DNA from: an uncultured Dehalococcoidia bacterium
GTDB taxonomy: Bacteria; Chloroflexota; Dehalococcoidia; Lucifugimonadales; UBA2985
Assembly (NCBI GenBank): GCA_964578255.1
Contig: CAZOCC010000006.1
Span: 4,923 to 68,922 of the forward strand
DNA length: 64,000 bases
Reading direction: 5' to 3'
The notes under the pieces were generated by a model that was not told the DNA's origin, did not search any database, and saw only the letters and a list, made by a program, of their open reading frames with translations. Of the stretch, positions 43,555 to 52,527 are shown one piece after another. Numbering within the stretch: the first letter of the stretch is position 1; each line of letters starts with the position of its first letter. A program made the position numbers and the translations under genes.

Positions 43555-43793
43555 GGTGCAGGATAACTGCAAAATCTCTACTACCTCCAGATACTAAGGA
43601 AAACTGACATAGCCAAATTTCTAACCATCACTGTATCGCTAACCGCAACAATTCCATCATGCCGAATATTGTCGCAATAATCATCGCTTGATTTGGCTGG
43701 CTATATCTGTAATAATCACGACTCACGTTCTCAGCATGGGTAATTATTGACCGTGAGCAAAAACATTTATTTAGTTTAGGAACACTTTCAAGA

Positions 43794-45626
43794 ATGCCGA
43801 CACAGGTACAGGATACATTTCGCAACGTAGCCATTGTGGCACATGTCGATCATGGCAAGACGACTCTAATAGATGCCATGCTGAAATTCAGTAAGATCTT
43901 CCGCGACAATCAACACGTGGATAATCTCATCATGGATTCCAATCCTCAGGAGCGTGAAAGAGGCATCACTATACTTGCAAAGAACACTGCTATCAAGTAT
44001 AGAGATGTGACTCTTAATATCATTGACACGCCCGGGCACGTGGATTTTAGTGGAGAGGTGGAAAGGGTAGTCAACATGGCTGACGGGTGTCTGCTCGTGG
44101 TGGACGCAGCAGACGGACCAATGCCACAAACCAGGTATGTACTTAGAACCGCCCTAGAACAAGGATTAAAACCCGTGGTGGTTGTGAATAAAATAGACAG
44201 CCACATGGCCAGGATAACGGAAACCGTTGACGCCATAAACGACCTGTTCCTGGAATTAGCCACAGATGCTGAACAACTGGTATTTCCCATATTGTATGCC
44301 TCAGCCAAAGAAGGTTACTGCGTTACGGACGCTAATCACAATCCGGAAGATATGGCCCCTCTTTTCGATGCTATTATTGATCATATACCAGGACCAAATG
44401 TAGATATAGACGGTCATACACAGATGCTAGTCGCGGCACTAGATTACGACAATCATCTGGGACAGATAGCAATAGGACGTGTTTTCAGGGGAACCATAAA
44501 CCGTGGCCAATCACTAATGTTGCTTGGTCAGGACGGACCTGGGCTATCTGTCAAAGCAGATCACTTATTTGCATTCCGAGACTTATCAAGACATGAAGTT
44601 ATGGAAGCTCATGCAGGCGATATTGTTGCGCTAACCGGAGCAAGCGGTGTAACCATAGGGGACACTATCGCGGCTGCTGATCACCCTGAACCCTTAGAAC
44701 GCATTGCCATAGAAGAACCAACCGTTAAGATGCATTTCGGCGTAAACACCTCTCCGTTTTCCGGCAAAGATGGGAAATATGCTACTTCACGCGGGCTTTG
44801 GGATCGTCTTCAGCGTGAATTGCAGACAAATGTCAGCTTACGAGTAGAAAGAACAGAAAATGCAGATGAATTCATAGTTTCTGGACGCGGGGAATTACAC
44901 CTTTCGGTCCTGATCGAAAATATCCGCCGTGAAGGGCTCGAATTCCAGGTATCAAAACCAGAAGCTATCACTAAGGTAATAGACGGGAAGATGGTAGAAC
45001 CCTATGAGTGGATCATCATAGACACCAACGAAGAATTTGTTGGGACCCTAACTGAAGAATTATCCTCGAGGCTGGGACAAATGCAGAACATTCACAATGA
45101 CGGTAGTGGGAATGTGCGCATAGAATACCTTTTACCAACTAGAGGCCTTATAGGGTTCAGAAGTTTCTTACTTAGATCAACCAGGGGGAACGCTATTATG
45201 AACAGCGAACTCCGCGATCCCCAAATAGTTAAAGGCATCGTCAAATCTACTCGTTCAGGGGCTATTGTGGCGTCTGAAACCGGTACCGCTGTTGCTTATG
45301 GTATTAAGAATGCCCAAGAGAGAGGACACACTTTCGTTGCTCCAAACAGCCCAGTATATGAGGGCATGGTCGTGGGTATGCATAACAGAGACAAGGATAT
45401 GGAACTTAATATCTGCAAAGAGAGAAAACTAACGAATATGAGATCAGCTTCTGCAGATATATTCGAACGATTGGAACCTCCTGTACAGTTTAGTTTAGAG
45501 GAAGCATTAGATTTCGTGGCAAGTGATGAAATTGCAGAGATCACCCCAAGAATCATAAGGTTGCGGAAACGGATCCTAAATTCCAGTGAACGCCATAGAT
45601 TCTCCAGAGCTGCCTCAAAAACTTAA
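43794..45626 (+). CDS. typA: translational GTPase TypA/BipA
   Basis: 610 aa. G1 AHVDHGKTT, G3 DTPGH, G4 NKID. Confidence 0.95.
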   Translation: MPTQVQDTFRNVAIVAHVDHGKTTLIDAMLKFSKIFRDNQHVDNLIMDSNPQERERGITILAKNTAIKYRDVTLNIIDTPGHVDFSGEVERVVNMADGCLLVVDAADGPMPQTRYVLRTALEQGLKPVVVVNKIDSHMARITETVDAINDLFLELATDAEQLVFPILYASAKEGYCVTDANHNPEDMAPLFDAIIDHIPGPNVDIDGHTQMLVAALDYDNHLGQIAIGRVFRGTINRGQSLMLLGQDGPGLSVKADHLFAFRDLSRHEVMEAHAGDIVALTGASGVTIGDTIAAADHPEPLERIAIEEPTVKMHFGVNTSPFSGKDGKYATSRGLWDRLQRELQTNVSLRVERTENADEFIVSGRGELHLSVLIENIRREGLEFQVSKPEAITKVIDGKMVEPYEWIIIDTNEEFVGTLTEELSSRLGQMQNIHNDGSGNVRIEYLLPTRGLIGFRSFLLRSTRGNAIMNSELRDPQIVKGIVKSTRSGAIVASETGTAVAYGIKNAQERGHTFVAPNSPVYEGMVVGMHNRDKDMELNICKERKLTNMRSASADIFERLEPPVQFSLEEALDFVASDEIAEITPRIIRLRKRILNSSERHRFSRAASKT

Positions 45627-45791
45627 CCTTTGATCATAGCCTAAATGACGATCGCCCCTGTGAACGGGAAAATGGAAATCCAGTAGACCATAACCGGATC
45701 TTTGGTATCTGCTTAAATTCAAGCAATAGACTCCAACTAAGTGTTATCATAATCCAATCACATATGACACCCGGATTATAGGAAACGAGGC

Positions 45792-46244
45792 TTGCATTTG
45801 GCCTTTATATTTGCCATAAAAAATGCCTATATCAATATAGGTGCATTCCATGGACGCACAAAGCGTTCAGAGTATTGGTGGTTCATCCTGTTCCTGCTTC
45901 TATTAGGCCTCGCCCCTGGTATTGGGCATATCTTATGTGCTGTAATGGCACCTCCAATCGTAACATTGTCCACCAGAAGATTGCACGACATCGGTAAATC
46001 AGGGTGGTCACAACTTGTGTTATGGATATCGTGCATAGGTTGGATATTCCTTTTACGCACTGGCAATCTGGCAACCAATAGCCTAGACATCCCTAGCGAC
46101 GAAGGATTCATTGTTTCAAATCTCTTTGGGATAATCGGCGCAGTAGTGGCTATACCAATAGCCATAACTTCTATAATTTGGTTACGCTGGACAGTCACAA
46201 TCGGGGATGAAGATGAAAACCAATACGGATATAGTCCTAATTAG
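45792..46244 (+). CDS. DUF805 family membrane protein
   Basis: GRTKRSEYWWFILF signature and RRLHDIGKSGW. The start codon is uncertain. Confidence 0.75.
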   Translation: MHLAFIFAIKNAYINIGAFHGRTKRSEYWWFILFLLLLGLAPGIGHILCAVMAPPIVTLSTRRLHDIGKSGWSQLVLWISCIGWIFLLRTGNLATNSLDIPSDEGFIVSNLFGIIGAVVAIPIAITSIIWLRWTVTIGDEDENQYGYSPN

Positions 46245-46255
46245 ATAATCATCGA

Positions 46256-46765
46256 GTGATAATTGAAAGGTTTGCTAGAACTTTGCTAATCATAAATCAA
46301 TACTCCTATATTTTGATAAGTCTATTCACCTTAATGTTCACTATCATCGTAAGTTGGAGATTAATAGGGACTAAATACACCATAGCAACTATCCTGATTG
46401 GACTATCTATAATAATAATGATTCAGTTAGCATTTAAGACTAACGATCCAGTCAATAGCTCTATAACATCTTTGGAGGACTTACTAGTAGATCAAGGTCC
46501 TGTGATGGTGGTTGTGTACTCAGATTTCTGAGCGCTTTGCCTAGCGGCAAAGCCTGTAGTTAACAGGCTGGAGCGTGCCCTGACAGGCGAGTTTAGGGTC
46601 GTGCGCATAAATATCATGTCAGATATTGGTAAGGATGCTGTGCATTCTTTCGACATTCGCATGGTACCGACGTTTATTATCCTGGACGATGCAGGCCAAG
46701 AAATTTGGAGAACGGCTGGAACAATACCTACGCTGGACGACATCACATCACTGCGCCAGGATTAA
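46256..46765 (+). CDS. membrane-anchored thioredoxin-fold protein with an in-frame UGA at codon 92, predicted selenocysteine (UxxC redox motif)
   Basis: The ORF track stops at the TGA (46529-46531) after ...PVMVVVYSDF. The same frame stays open for 77 more codons: ALCLAAKPVVNRLERALTGEFRVVRINIMSDIGKDAVHSFDIRMVPTFIILDDAGQEIWRTAG...RQD, ending at the TAA (46763-46765). This aligns with the thioredoxin core (ILVDFWAEWCGPC...VAKLNID...IPTLLLF.NGE). The TGA falls on the first Cys of CxxC and the cis-Pro (VPT) is retained. Two N-terminal TM helices. Confidence 0.7.
46532..46568 (+). promoter_or_regulatory. candidate bacterial SECIS element(s) immediately 3' of the in-frame UGA
   Basis: Hairpin 1 (46534-46553) has a perfect 8-bp stem GCUUUGCC/GGCAAAGC and a UAGC loop. 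Overlapping hairpin 2 (46552-46568) is GCCUG-UAGUUAA-CAGGC. Both have an unpaired G in the apical loop. Confidence 0.45.
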
Positions 46766-46861
46766 ATCCCAACACTGACTCCTTAGCAATATGGCAGTTA
46801 TACAAACACCTTGGTATTTATGTCCTGCCTAAAGTCTGCAATCGGACGAACTCTTGATATT

Positions 46862-47092
46862 ACCTCCGCTGACAGTGTATCTTGTAGGTACACTGAGAAA
46901 GGAGGTGATCAATATTTTGTTATCTGATAAACGTAACCGGACTCATAGTGAGGTGTCTGTAGCGTAGACGGCACCGGACAACAGGCGCTCTGGTATCCGT
47001 TCACGGAATACCATCAGGCACCGAACCCCGAAGTCCCCGTGTTAGTCCGACGGGATGGTCTTTGACCAAAGTGCTTCGGGGTTTTGCTTTTC
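46862..47092 (+). ncRNA. unclassified structured RNA / micro-ORF transcription unit ending in an intrinsic terminator
   Basis: 5' hairpin pairs ACCUCC (46862-67) with GGAGGU (46901-06) around inner stem CAGUGUA/UACACUG. The 15-nt AGAAAGGAGGUGAUC (46896-46910) is a perfect complement of a 16S 3' tail. A 16-codon ORF runs 46917-46967. A further hairpin lies at 46991-47013. A 10-bp stem AACCCCGAAG/CUUCGGGGUU (47024-47083) is followed by UUGCUUUUC. Confidence 0.4.
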
Positions 47093-47149
47093 AGCCACCC
47101 CGACGATATCATCTAGCAAGACCATTATCAGCACTAATTCAATACTCTA

Positions 47150-47178
47150 TTGGGCTCATCAAACCTTAACGTTATAAT
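47150..47178 (+). promoter_or_regulatory. candidate promoter of the M16 peptidase gene
   Basis: TTGGGC (47150-55), 17 nt spacer, TATAAT (47173-78). It sits downstream of the terminator at 47024-47092. Confidence 0.35.
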
Positions 47179-47210
47179 CTTAATGTATAAACTACAAATG
47201 AGGCGTTCTC

Positions 47211-49868
47211 TTGCATTCAATATCTTTTGAAAAAATGACATTACCCAACGGACTGGATGTAATCCTTCACAGAGACAATTCCTTGCCCGTAGTCTCTGTT
47301 AATGTTTGGTACCATGTGGGATCAAAGGACGAACAGACCGGCAAAACTGGATATGCTCATCTCTTTGAACACCTAATGTTCGAAGGCTCAAAACACCACA
47401 ATAAAAGCTATTTTGAGCCCCTTCAGAAGATAGGAGCAAACCTGAACGGATCCACCACTACAGACAGAACCAATTACTGGGAAAATGTACCGTCGAACTA
47501 CTTGGGCCTAGCACTATGGCTAGAATCAGACAGAATGGGATTTCTACTAGATGTACTGGACCAAAAAAGTTTCGATGTGCAGAGGGATGTTGTAAAAAAC
47601 GAAAGGAGGCAAAACTACGAAAACCGACCTTATGGCCTTTCGTCTATACATATGCAAAGTGCGATGTATCCACTTCCACACCCGTACCATTGGCCCACGA
47701 TAGGATTTCACGAAGACCTAGATGTGGCGACTGTGAAGGATGCCCGAGATTTTTTTGAGAAATTCTACACGCCTTCAAATGCCAGCCTAGTCATAGCTGG
47801 AGACATAGACTTAGACCAGGCCGCTAAATTGGCTCAACACTACTTTACCGATATACCAGCAGGCTCTCAAGTTGAACGACTGGACCGGCTAGATTCCTCA
47901 ATACAAGGCCCGATAGACCTAAGGATATATGACAAAGTCTCATTACCTAGGCTGACAATAGCATGGCCCACTGTACCCAGATTTCACCCTGACGAAGCAC
48001 CGCTTTCAGTCTTATCAGCTATCATGGGCGACGGCAGAGCCTCCCGATTATACCGTTCCCTTGTCTATAGGGATCAAATAGCCCAGAGCGTGGCAGCTCA
48101 CCATGGCCCAGAGGAAATAGCTGGCGATTTCACTATAGATGCAATTGCGTCACAAGGTCACAACACAGCAGAACTAGAACAAGCGATGTTAACCGAAATC
48201 AATAGGATTTGCGAGGAGGTTCCTTCAGAAAGCGAACTTATCCGAACAAAGAATATACTCGAATCCAGACACATAAATCAGATGTCTAGAGTGGGTGGCT
48301 TTAGCGGCAGGGCAAACAGGCTTAATTTCTTTAATGTTTTTGCTGCCAATCCAAATCTTTTCAACACTGATCTCGAACGATACCTTGAGGTTTCCCCGGA
48401 ACAGGTAAGTGAAACAGCGCGAAAATATTTTGGTGACAGAATGGTCAAGATGACGGTATTACCAGAACCTTTGTATGAGCATTCAGTCACGTTCATAGAC
48501 CGTACTATTGAGCCTAAACCTGAATCAACACCAAGATTCGAACCACCAATACCCAAAAGGACAACTCTACGCAACGGTTTAAATTTACTGGTGTTAGAGA
48601 AGCATGAACTTCCGACAATAGCATTCGGCCTTATACTTAACACTGGTGCATCACGAGACCCTAGATCCCTACCTGGTCTGTCAGCTATGACCATTGCTAT
48701 GTTGAGGGAAGGAACTTCTAATCGAACCAGTGAACAAATAGCTGACGAATTCGAATTCATGGGGAGTCCACTCATCACAGGTACCAGCAGGGAACGGACG
48801 ATTATAGCAAATCAAACCCTTTCCAGATATTTTGATAAAACTCTACACTTAGTAGCTGACCTCTCAATGAATCCTACATTCCCAAATCATGAGACCGAAA
48901 GAATACGTACTGAAAGATTAACCTCTATAAGGAGAATAAAGGACGACGCCACCTCTATAGCAGAGAGGCTCCTCTCAGGAATGGTTTACGGGTATGAATG
49001 TGCTTACGGGCATCCCTTAAGTGGTACTGATCAGTCGATAGAAACCATCTCCAGAGATGATATGGTAGATTTCTTCTCGCAAAATTATGGCCCTGAAAAC
49101 TCCACCTTAGTAGTTGTCGGCGATATATCCATAGATGATGCATCGGCTTTAGCAGAAGCTGCTTTGGGAGATTGGAGGGCCGATAGCCGCAAGAATATTT
49201 CGGACAATGAAAGAGCTGAGCCTGATGATTCAAATGCTATGCCAGTATATCTAGTGGATAAGCCCGGTGCGGCTCAATCCGTACTGCGTTTTATTCAAAA
49301 GGGCATTCCACGTTCTCATCCAGACTACTACGCCACTATGCTAGTAAATCAGGTTTTTGGTGGTCAATTCACAGCCAGGCTCAATTCAAACTTGCGCCAG
49401 GATAAGGGATACACATACGGCTACAACTCTTGGATAGACTGGAACACTGATTCGTCACTGATGGTAGCAGGAGGATCGGTACATACCGGAGTCACAAAGG
49501 AAGCTATTGTCGAAACACTTAAAGAATTCCAGTCTATAAGCAATAAGAATCCCATCACAAAAATAGAGCTCGATGAATGTAGGGCCGCAATAATCCAACA
49601 ATTCCCTTCATCTTTTGAAACTCCATGGCAAATACTGGAACAACTGGGCCAAATAGTGTCATTCGGATTACCTGATACTTATTACAGTACCGTGTTAGAT
49701 AAAATATCGTCTGTAACACTTGCAGATGTAAGACGTGTAGCTAAAAAGACGATGATTACTGAGAATCTAGCTTTACTAATTGTCGGAGATAGATCGGTAA
49801 TTGAAATGAGCCTGAATGAAATTAATTTGGCCATCATACCAATAGATGTAGAAGGAAATTTATTGTAA
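47211..49868 (+). CDS. fused two-module M16 (pitrilysin/insulinase) family zinc peptidase
   Basis: 885 aa. N-module has the HxxEH zinc site (HLFEHLMFEGS). The C-module is M16-like but has no HxxEH. TTG start lies 7 nt after TGAGG. Confidence 0.9.
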   Translation: MHSISFEKMTLPNGLDVILHRDNSLPVVSVNVWYHVGSKDEQTGKTGYAHLFEHLMFEGSKHHNKSYFEPLQKIGANLNGSTTTDRTNYWENVPSNYLGLALWLESDRMGFLLDVLDQKSFDVQRDVVKNERRQNYENRPYGLSSIHMQSAMYPLPHPYHWPTIGFHEDLDVATVKDARDFFEKFYTPSNASLVIAGDIDLDQAAKLAQHYFTDIPAGSQVERLDRLDSSIQGPIDLRIYDKVSLPRLTIAWPTVPRFHPDEAPLSVLSAIMGDGRASRLYRSLVYRDQIAQSVAAHHGPEEIAGDFTIDAIASQGHNTAELEQAMLTEINRICEEVPSESELIRTKNILESRHINQMSRVGGFSGRANRLNFFNVFAANPNLFNTDLERYLEVSPEQVSETARKYFGDRMVKMTVLPEPLYEHSVTFIDRTIEPKPESTPRFEPPIPKRTTLRNGLNLLVLEKHELPTIAFGLILNTGASRDPRSLPGLSAMTIAMLREGTSNRTSEQIADEFEFMGSPLITGTSRERTIIANQTLSRYFDKTLHLVADLSMNPTFPNHETERIRTERLTSIRRIKDDATSIAERLLSGMVYGYECAYGHPLSGTDQSIETISRDDMVDFFSQNYGPENSTLVVVGDISIDDASALAEAALGDWRADSRKNISDNERAEPDDSNAMPVYLVDKPGAAQSVLRFIQKGIPRSHPDYYATMLVNQVFGGQFTARLNSNLRQDKGYTYGYNSWIDWNTDSSLMVAGGSVHTGVTKEAIVETLKEFQSISNKNPITKIELDECRAAIIQQFPSSFETPWQILEQLGQIVSFGLPDTYYSTVLDKISSVTLADVRRVAKKTMITENLALLIVGDRSVIEMSLNEINLAIIPIDVEGNLL

Positions 49869-49950
49869 CGCTTACAACTTCCCTGAGGAAAGCAGAATCT
49901 GCATTGTAAGTTACCATGAACAATCAAAGTTTTAGTGAGGTTTATCCATA

Positions 49951-50055
49951 ATGGCAACTACTCTACCAATTTCAGTCGGATTCTTCTGGATGGCATCAAT
50001 ATTAATAATACCGGCCACTGAATCCCTGACTAGTGCTGCGGAGTTCTCATTTTAA
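49951..50055 (+). CDS. candidate 34-aa single-TM micro-protein translationally coupled to the CaCA gene
   Basis: ATG at 49951, 10 nt after GTGAGG. Translation is MATTLPISVGFFWMASILIIPATESLTSAAEFSF. Its TAA overlaps the CaCA ATG (TAATG). It is below the ORF-track size cutoff. Confidence 0.35.
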   Translation: MATTLPISVGFFWMASILIIPATESLTSAAEFSF

Positions 50056-51101
50056 TGGAAAGCTTATTGTTATGGCTTCAGCTGGCAGGCATGACCTTGA
50101 TGATACTTGTGTCATCTAAATACTTAGTTAAATCTGCAGACATAATTGCTGACAAAACCGGTATGGGGCGTTCTTTTGTAGGGGTATTGTTATTGGCCAC
50201 CGCCACCTCTCTCCCGGAACTAGCTACTGGAGTCAGTTCAATCATGCTGGTAGGGCAACCTGATCTTGCAGCAGGCGATGCTTTTGGCAGCAATATATTC
50301 AACCTTTTAATTATAGGTATTATAGATTTGGCTTGGAAAAATGGCCCAATACTTGGCTACGTAGAGAAAGATTCACTCGTAGTAGCTTTTGCAGGGATTG
50401 CCATTATAGGGATTGCCACCCTCGCGTTGTTGTTTTACTGGCTAGGAATATTTGCGATAAATACATATGTTAGTCCTATGTCTATCCTACTTTTACTAGT
50501 GTTTTTCTCTATCATGTACATGATGTTTCGGAACGACAAACAAAACCGTGAAGATTTAAATGACACGCAAGAATCTATTCAACCTGACTCGCCTGGACTT
50601 TCTAATGCCTCATTGATGTATATGTGTTCAGCAGGCTTGATGGTTTTGGCCTCTGTGTTTCTGGCTACCATTGGAGATTCTATCGCTGAAACTATGGGCT
50701 GGCATGCCAGTTTTGTAGGAACGCAATTTTTAGCGTTCAGCACATCGCTACCTGAGCTTGCAACTTCATTTGCTGCAGTGAGAATAGGAGCTCCAGAATT
50801 AGCCATATCCAATCTGTTAGGTAGCAATATATTCAATATGGGGTTTGTGCTTTTCATGGATGAACTTGCCTATACGAGCGGGCCGATATGGAGTAGCGTA
50901 TCTCATGTACACATATTTACGGCAGGCACAGCCATTTTAATGACTATAGTTGTATCAATTAGCATATCGCATAATCTCCGGAAACAATCGAGCCATTCGA
51001 CCGTTGGTACATCGGGCCCCGGTAGGACTTGGACTCTCGAAAGTTTGGCACTGATATTACTTTACGTGGTCGCAAGCATTTCCATATTTAACTTATCCTA
51101 A
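50055..51101 (+). CDS. CaCA family cation/Ca2+ exchanger (YrbG-like)
   Basis: Two alpha-repeats, ATATSLPELATG and AFSTSLPELATS, in about 10 TM helices. Confidence 0.85.
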   Translation: MESLLLWLQLAGMTLMILVSSKYLVKSADIIADKTGMGRSFVGVLLLATATSLPELATGVSSIMLVGQPDLAAGDAFGSNIFNLLIIGIIDLAWKNGPILGYVEKDSLVVAFAGIAIIGIATLALLFYWLGIFAINTYVSPMSILLLLVFFSIMYMMFRNDKQNREDLNDTQESIQPDSPGLSNASLMYMCSAGLMVLASVFLATIGDSIAETMGWHASFVGTQFLAFSTSLPELATSFAAVRIGAPELAISNLLGSNIFNMGFVLFMDELAYTSGPIWSSVSHVHIFTAGTAILMTIVVSISISHNLRKQSSHSTVGTSGPGRTWTLESLALILLYVVASISIFNLS

Positions 51102-51794
51102 TTAAGTGATGATAGAGGCCCCGATTAAGGATCCTACGAAAAATGTGACAGCCGCCGCCGACCCACCTGCTGCCGACATTCTGAGTGCACCCCAAAAAAC
51201 GTTTTTGTTTGAGAATAAGGCAACTGCCGCTCCTACAATTAACAACGCAGCTAAGCTAAAGACAAAACTAAATGGAACTACGGAATCATCGGCCAGGAAA
51301 AAATATGGCCCTATTGGTATGAATGCACCAATAGAGAACGAGAAAAACGAGCTTATACTTGCTCCCCATGGGGAACCAAGTTGTCGGGGATTTAACCCTA
51401 ATTTTTCTTTAATCACGGTATCTAATGCAGCTTCTGGGGTTGCCATGACATTACCAGCTAATGTGATGGCAACTTCTCTCGATATCCCTTTGGCTTGATA
51501 GATCTCCGATAGCATAGTCTCAGCTTCTTGGGGAGAACGCTTTATTTGCAAGGTTTCCATTTCAATTTGATATTCATAAATATCTTTTTGAGATCTCATG
51601 GATATATATTCACCGGCTGCCATTGAAAATGCGCCAGCAAACATGCCTGCTATTCCGGCCAGAAGAGCAAATTGTGGGTTTTCTATACCACCTGAAACCC
51701 CCATTACTAGAATGAAGTTCGATACCAAGCCATCATTCGCTCCTAAGATTGCGGCGCGAAGGCTTCCGCTGTTTGTGAAATGCATTCCGATCAT
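51102..51794 (-). CDS. VIT1/CCC1 family Fe/Mn transporter
   Basis: LRAAILGANDGLVSNF signature and C-terminal TM bundle. Confidence 0.85.
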   Translation of the reverse strand: MIGMHFTNSGSLRAAILGANDGLVSNFILVMGVSGGIENPQFALLAGIAGMFAGAFSMAAGEYISMRSQKDIYEYQIEMETLQIKRSPQEAETMLSEIYQAKGISREVAITLAGNVMATPEAALDTVIKEKLGLNPRQLGSPWGASISSFFSFSIGAFIPIGPYFFLADDSVVPFSFVFSLAALLIVGAAVALFSNKNVFWGALRMSAAGGSAAAVTFFVGSLIGASIIT

Positions 51795-51815
51795 ATCAAC
51801 GTCGCTGTGAGTTAT

Positions 51816-52256
51816 TCAAGAAATCATCAATTTCACAAAATCATGCCTTGTGACGATTCCAATCAGCTTGCCGTACTTTAGTACGGGAATTCTGTTTATA
51901 TTTTCACTTAGCATCAATTCAGCTACTCTTTTAACTTCATCATCCGTGTTTACTGTCACCACGGGTTTGCTCATAACCTCTTTCACTGTCTTCTTGCTGA
52001 CTTCAGATGCGACTTTCACCAAAGTCTCAGGTTGTACCCAAGATCCCATCAATGTGTACAAATGATCAGACATAGGCAAGAATCTGCGATGAAAGCCGAA
52101 ATCCGTGTGAGTAATTATGCCCACCAATTCACCGGCCTTATCCAACACGGGGAGACAACTGGTTGATTTATCCAACATCAACCGAGCAGCCTGCCCTACT
52201 GTTGAATCTTCAGTGATAGTAGCAACAGGACTGGTCATAATGGCATCAACGTTCAT
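51816..52256 (-). CDS. CBS domain pair protein
   Basis: Two CBS repeats (IMTSPVATI...GIITHTDF and VMSKPVVTV...GIVTRHDF). Confidence 0.85.
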   Translation of the reverse strand: MNVDAIMTSPVATITEDSTVGQAARLMLDKSTSCLPVLDKAGELVGIITHTDFGFHRRFLPMSDHLYTLMGSWVQPETLVKVASEVSKKTVKEVMSKPVVTVNTDDEVKRVAELMLSENINRIPVLKYGKLIGIVTRHDFVKLMIS

Positions 52257-52431
52257 GTGTATATCTCCATAAGAAATTTAGACTATAAATCCATCGCCAC
52301 GGTAGACATTATTGTTATTTATTCTAATCCTACTCTAAATGCATGTTCAGTGTAACATTCTTGGGATGCAGCCACCACACATAAAATTTGCCAGAAGCAA
52401 ATATGTGTCTATCAAATAATCCCAAAAACAT

Positions 52432-52460
52432 TTGACTAGCTACTTGGTCAAGTTTACAAT
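52432..52460 (+). promoter_or_regulatory. candidate sigma70-type promoter for the phosphoesterase / CoA-transferase genes
   Basis: TTGACT (52432-37), 17 nt spacer, TACAAT (52455-60). Confidence 0.4.
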
Positions 52461-52527
52461 TCGTCTGTAGGTAACTCACAAGTCGAACCCTATACTCAAA
52501 CATTAGAACTGAGGTGGTCTTTTTACT

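Noticed and set aside
46529-46531. TGA as a genome-wide sense codon (code 4 Trp or code 25 Gly) instead of Sec
   Set aside because: TGA clearly terminates well-conserved genes in this window at their expected C-termini: lysA at 21540-42, DUF1015 at 14420-22 and coaBC at 42730-32. So recoding must be local and context-dependent.
46492-46746. 84-aa ORF on the minus strand
   Set aside because: It lies entirely antisense to the C-terminal, thioredoxin-homologous half of the + strand gene (46532-46765). Its own translation has no recognisable features. The + strand reading explains the region better.
46896-46910. 16S rRNA 3'-end fragment on the minus strand (GATCACCTCCTTTCT)
   Set aside because: Only 15 nt match. 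The flanking sequence does not resemble the 16S helix 45 region. It is better read as an extended Shine-Dalgarno on the + strand.
46917-46967. PqqA-like RiPP precursor next to an M16 (PqqF/PqqL-like) peptidase
   Set aside because: The 16-aa peptide lacks the conserved E-x-x-x-Y of PqqA. No pqqB/C/D/E or other RiPP maturase genes are present.
46780-47100. Known riboswitch or housekeeping RNA (glycine, TPP, guanidine-I/ykkC, fluoride, cobalamin, T-box, SRP, 6S, RNase P, tmRNA)
   Set aside because: There are partial resemblances (CUCUGG..., GCACCGAA as in glycine aptamers). The defining conserved cores are absent: GGAGAG, CUGAGA...ACCUGAUCUGGAUAAUGCCAGCG, GGAAGCAGCC and GAGGAAAGUCC.
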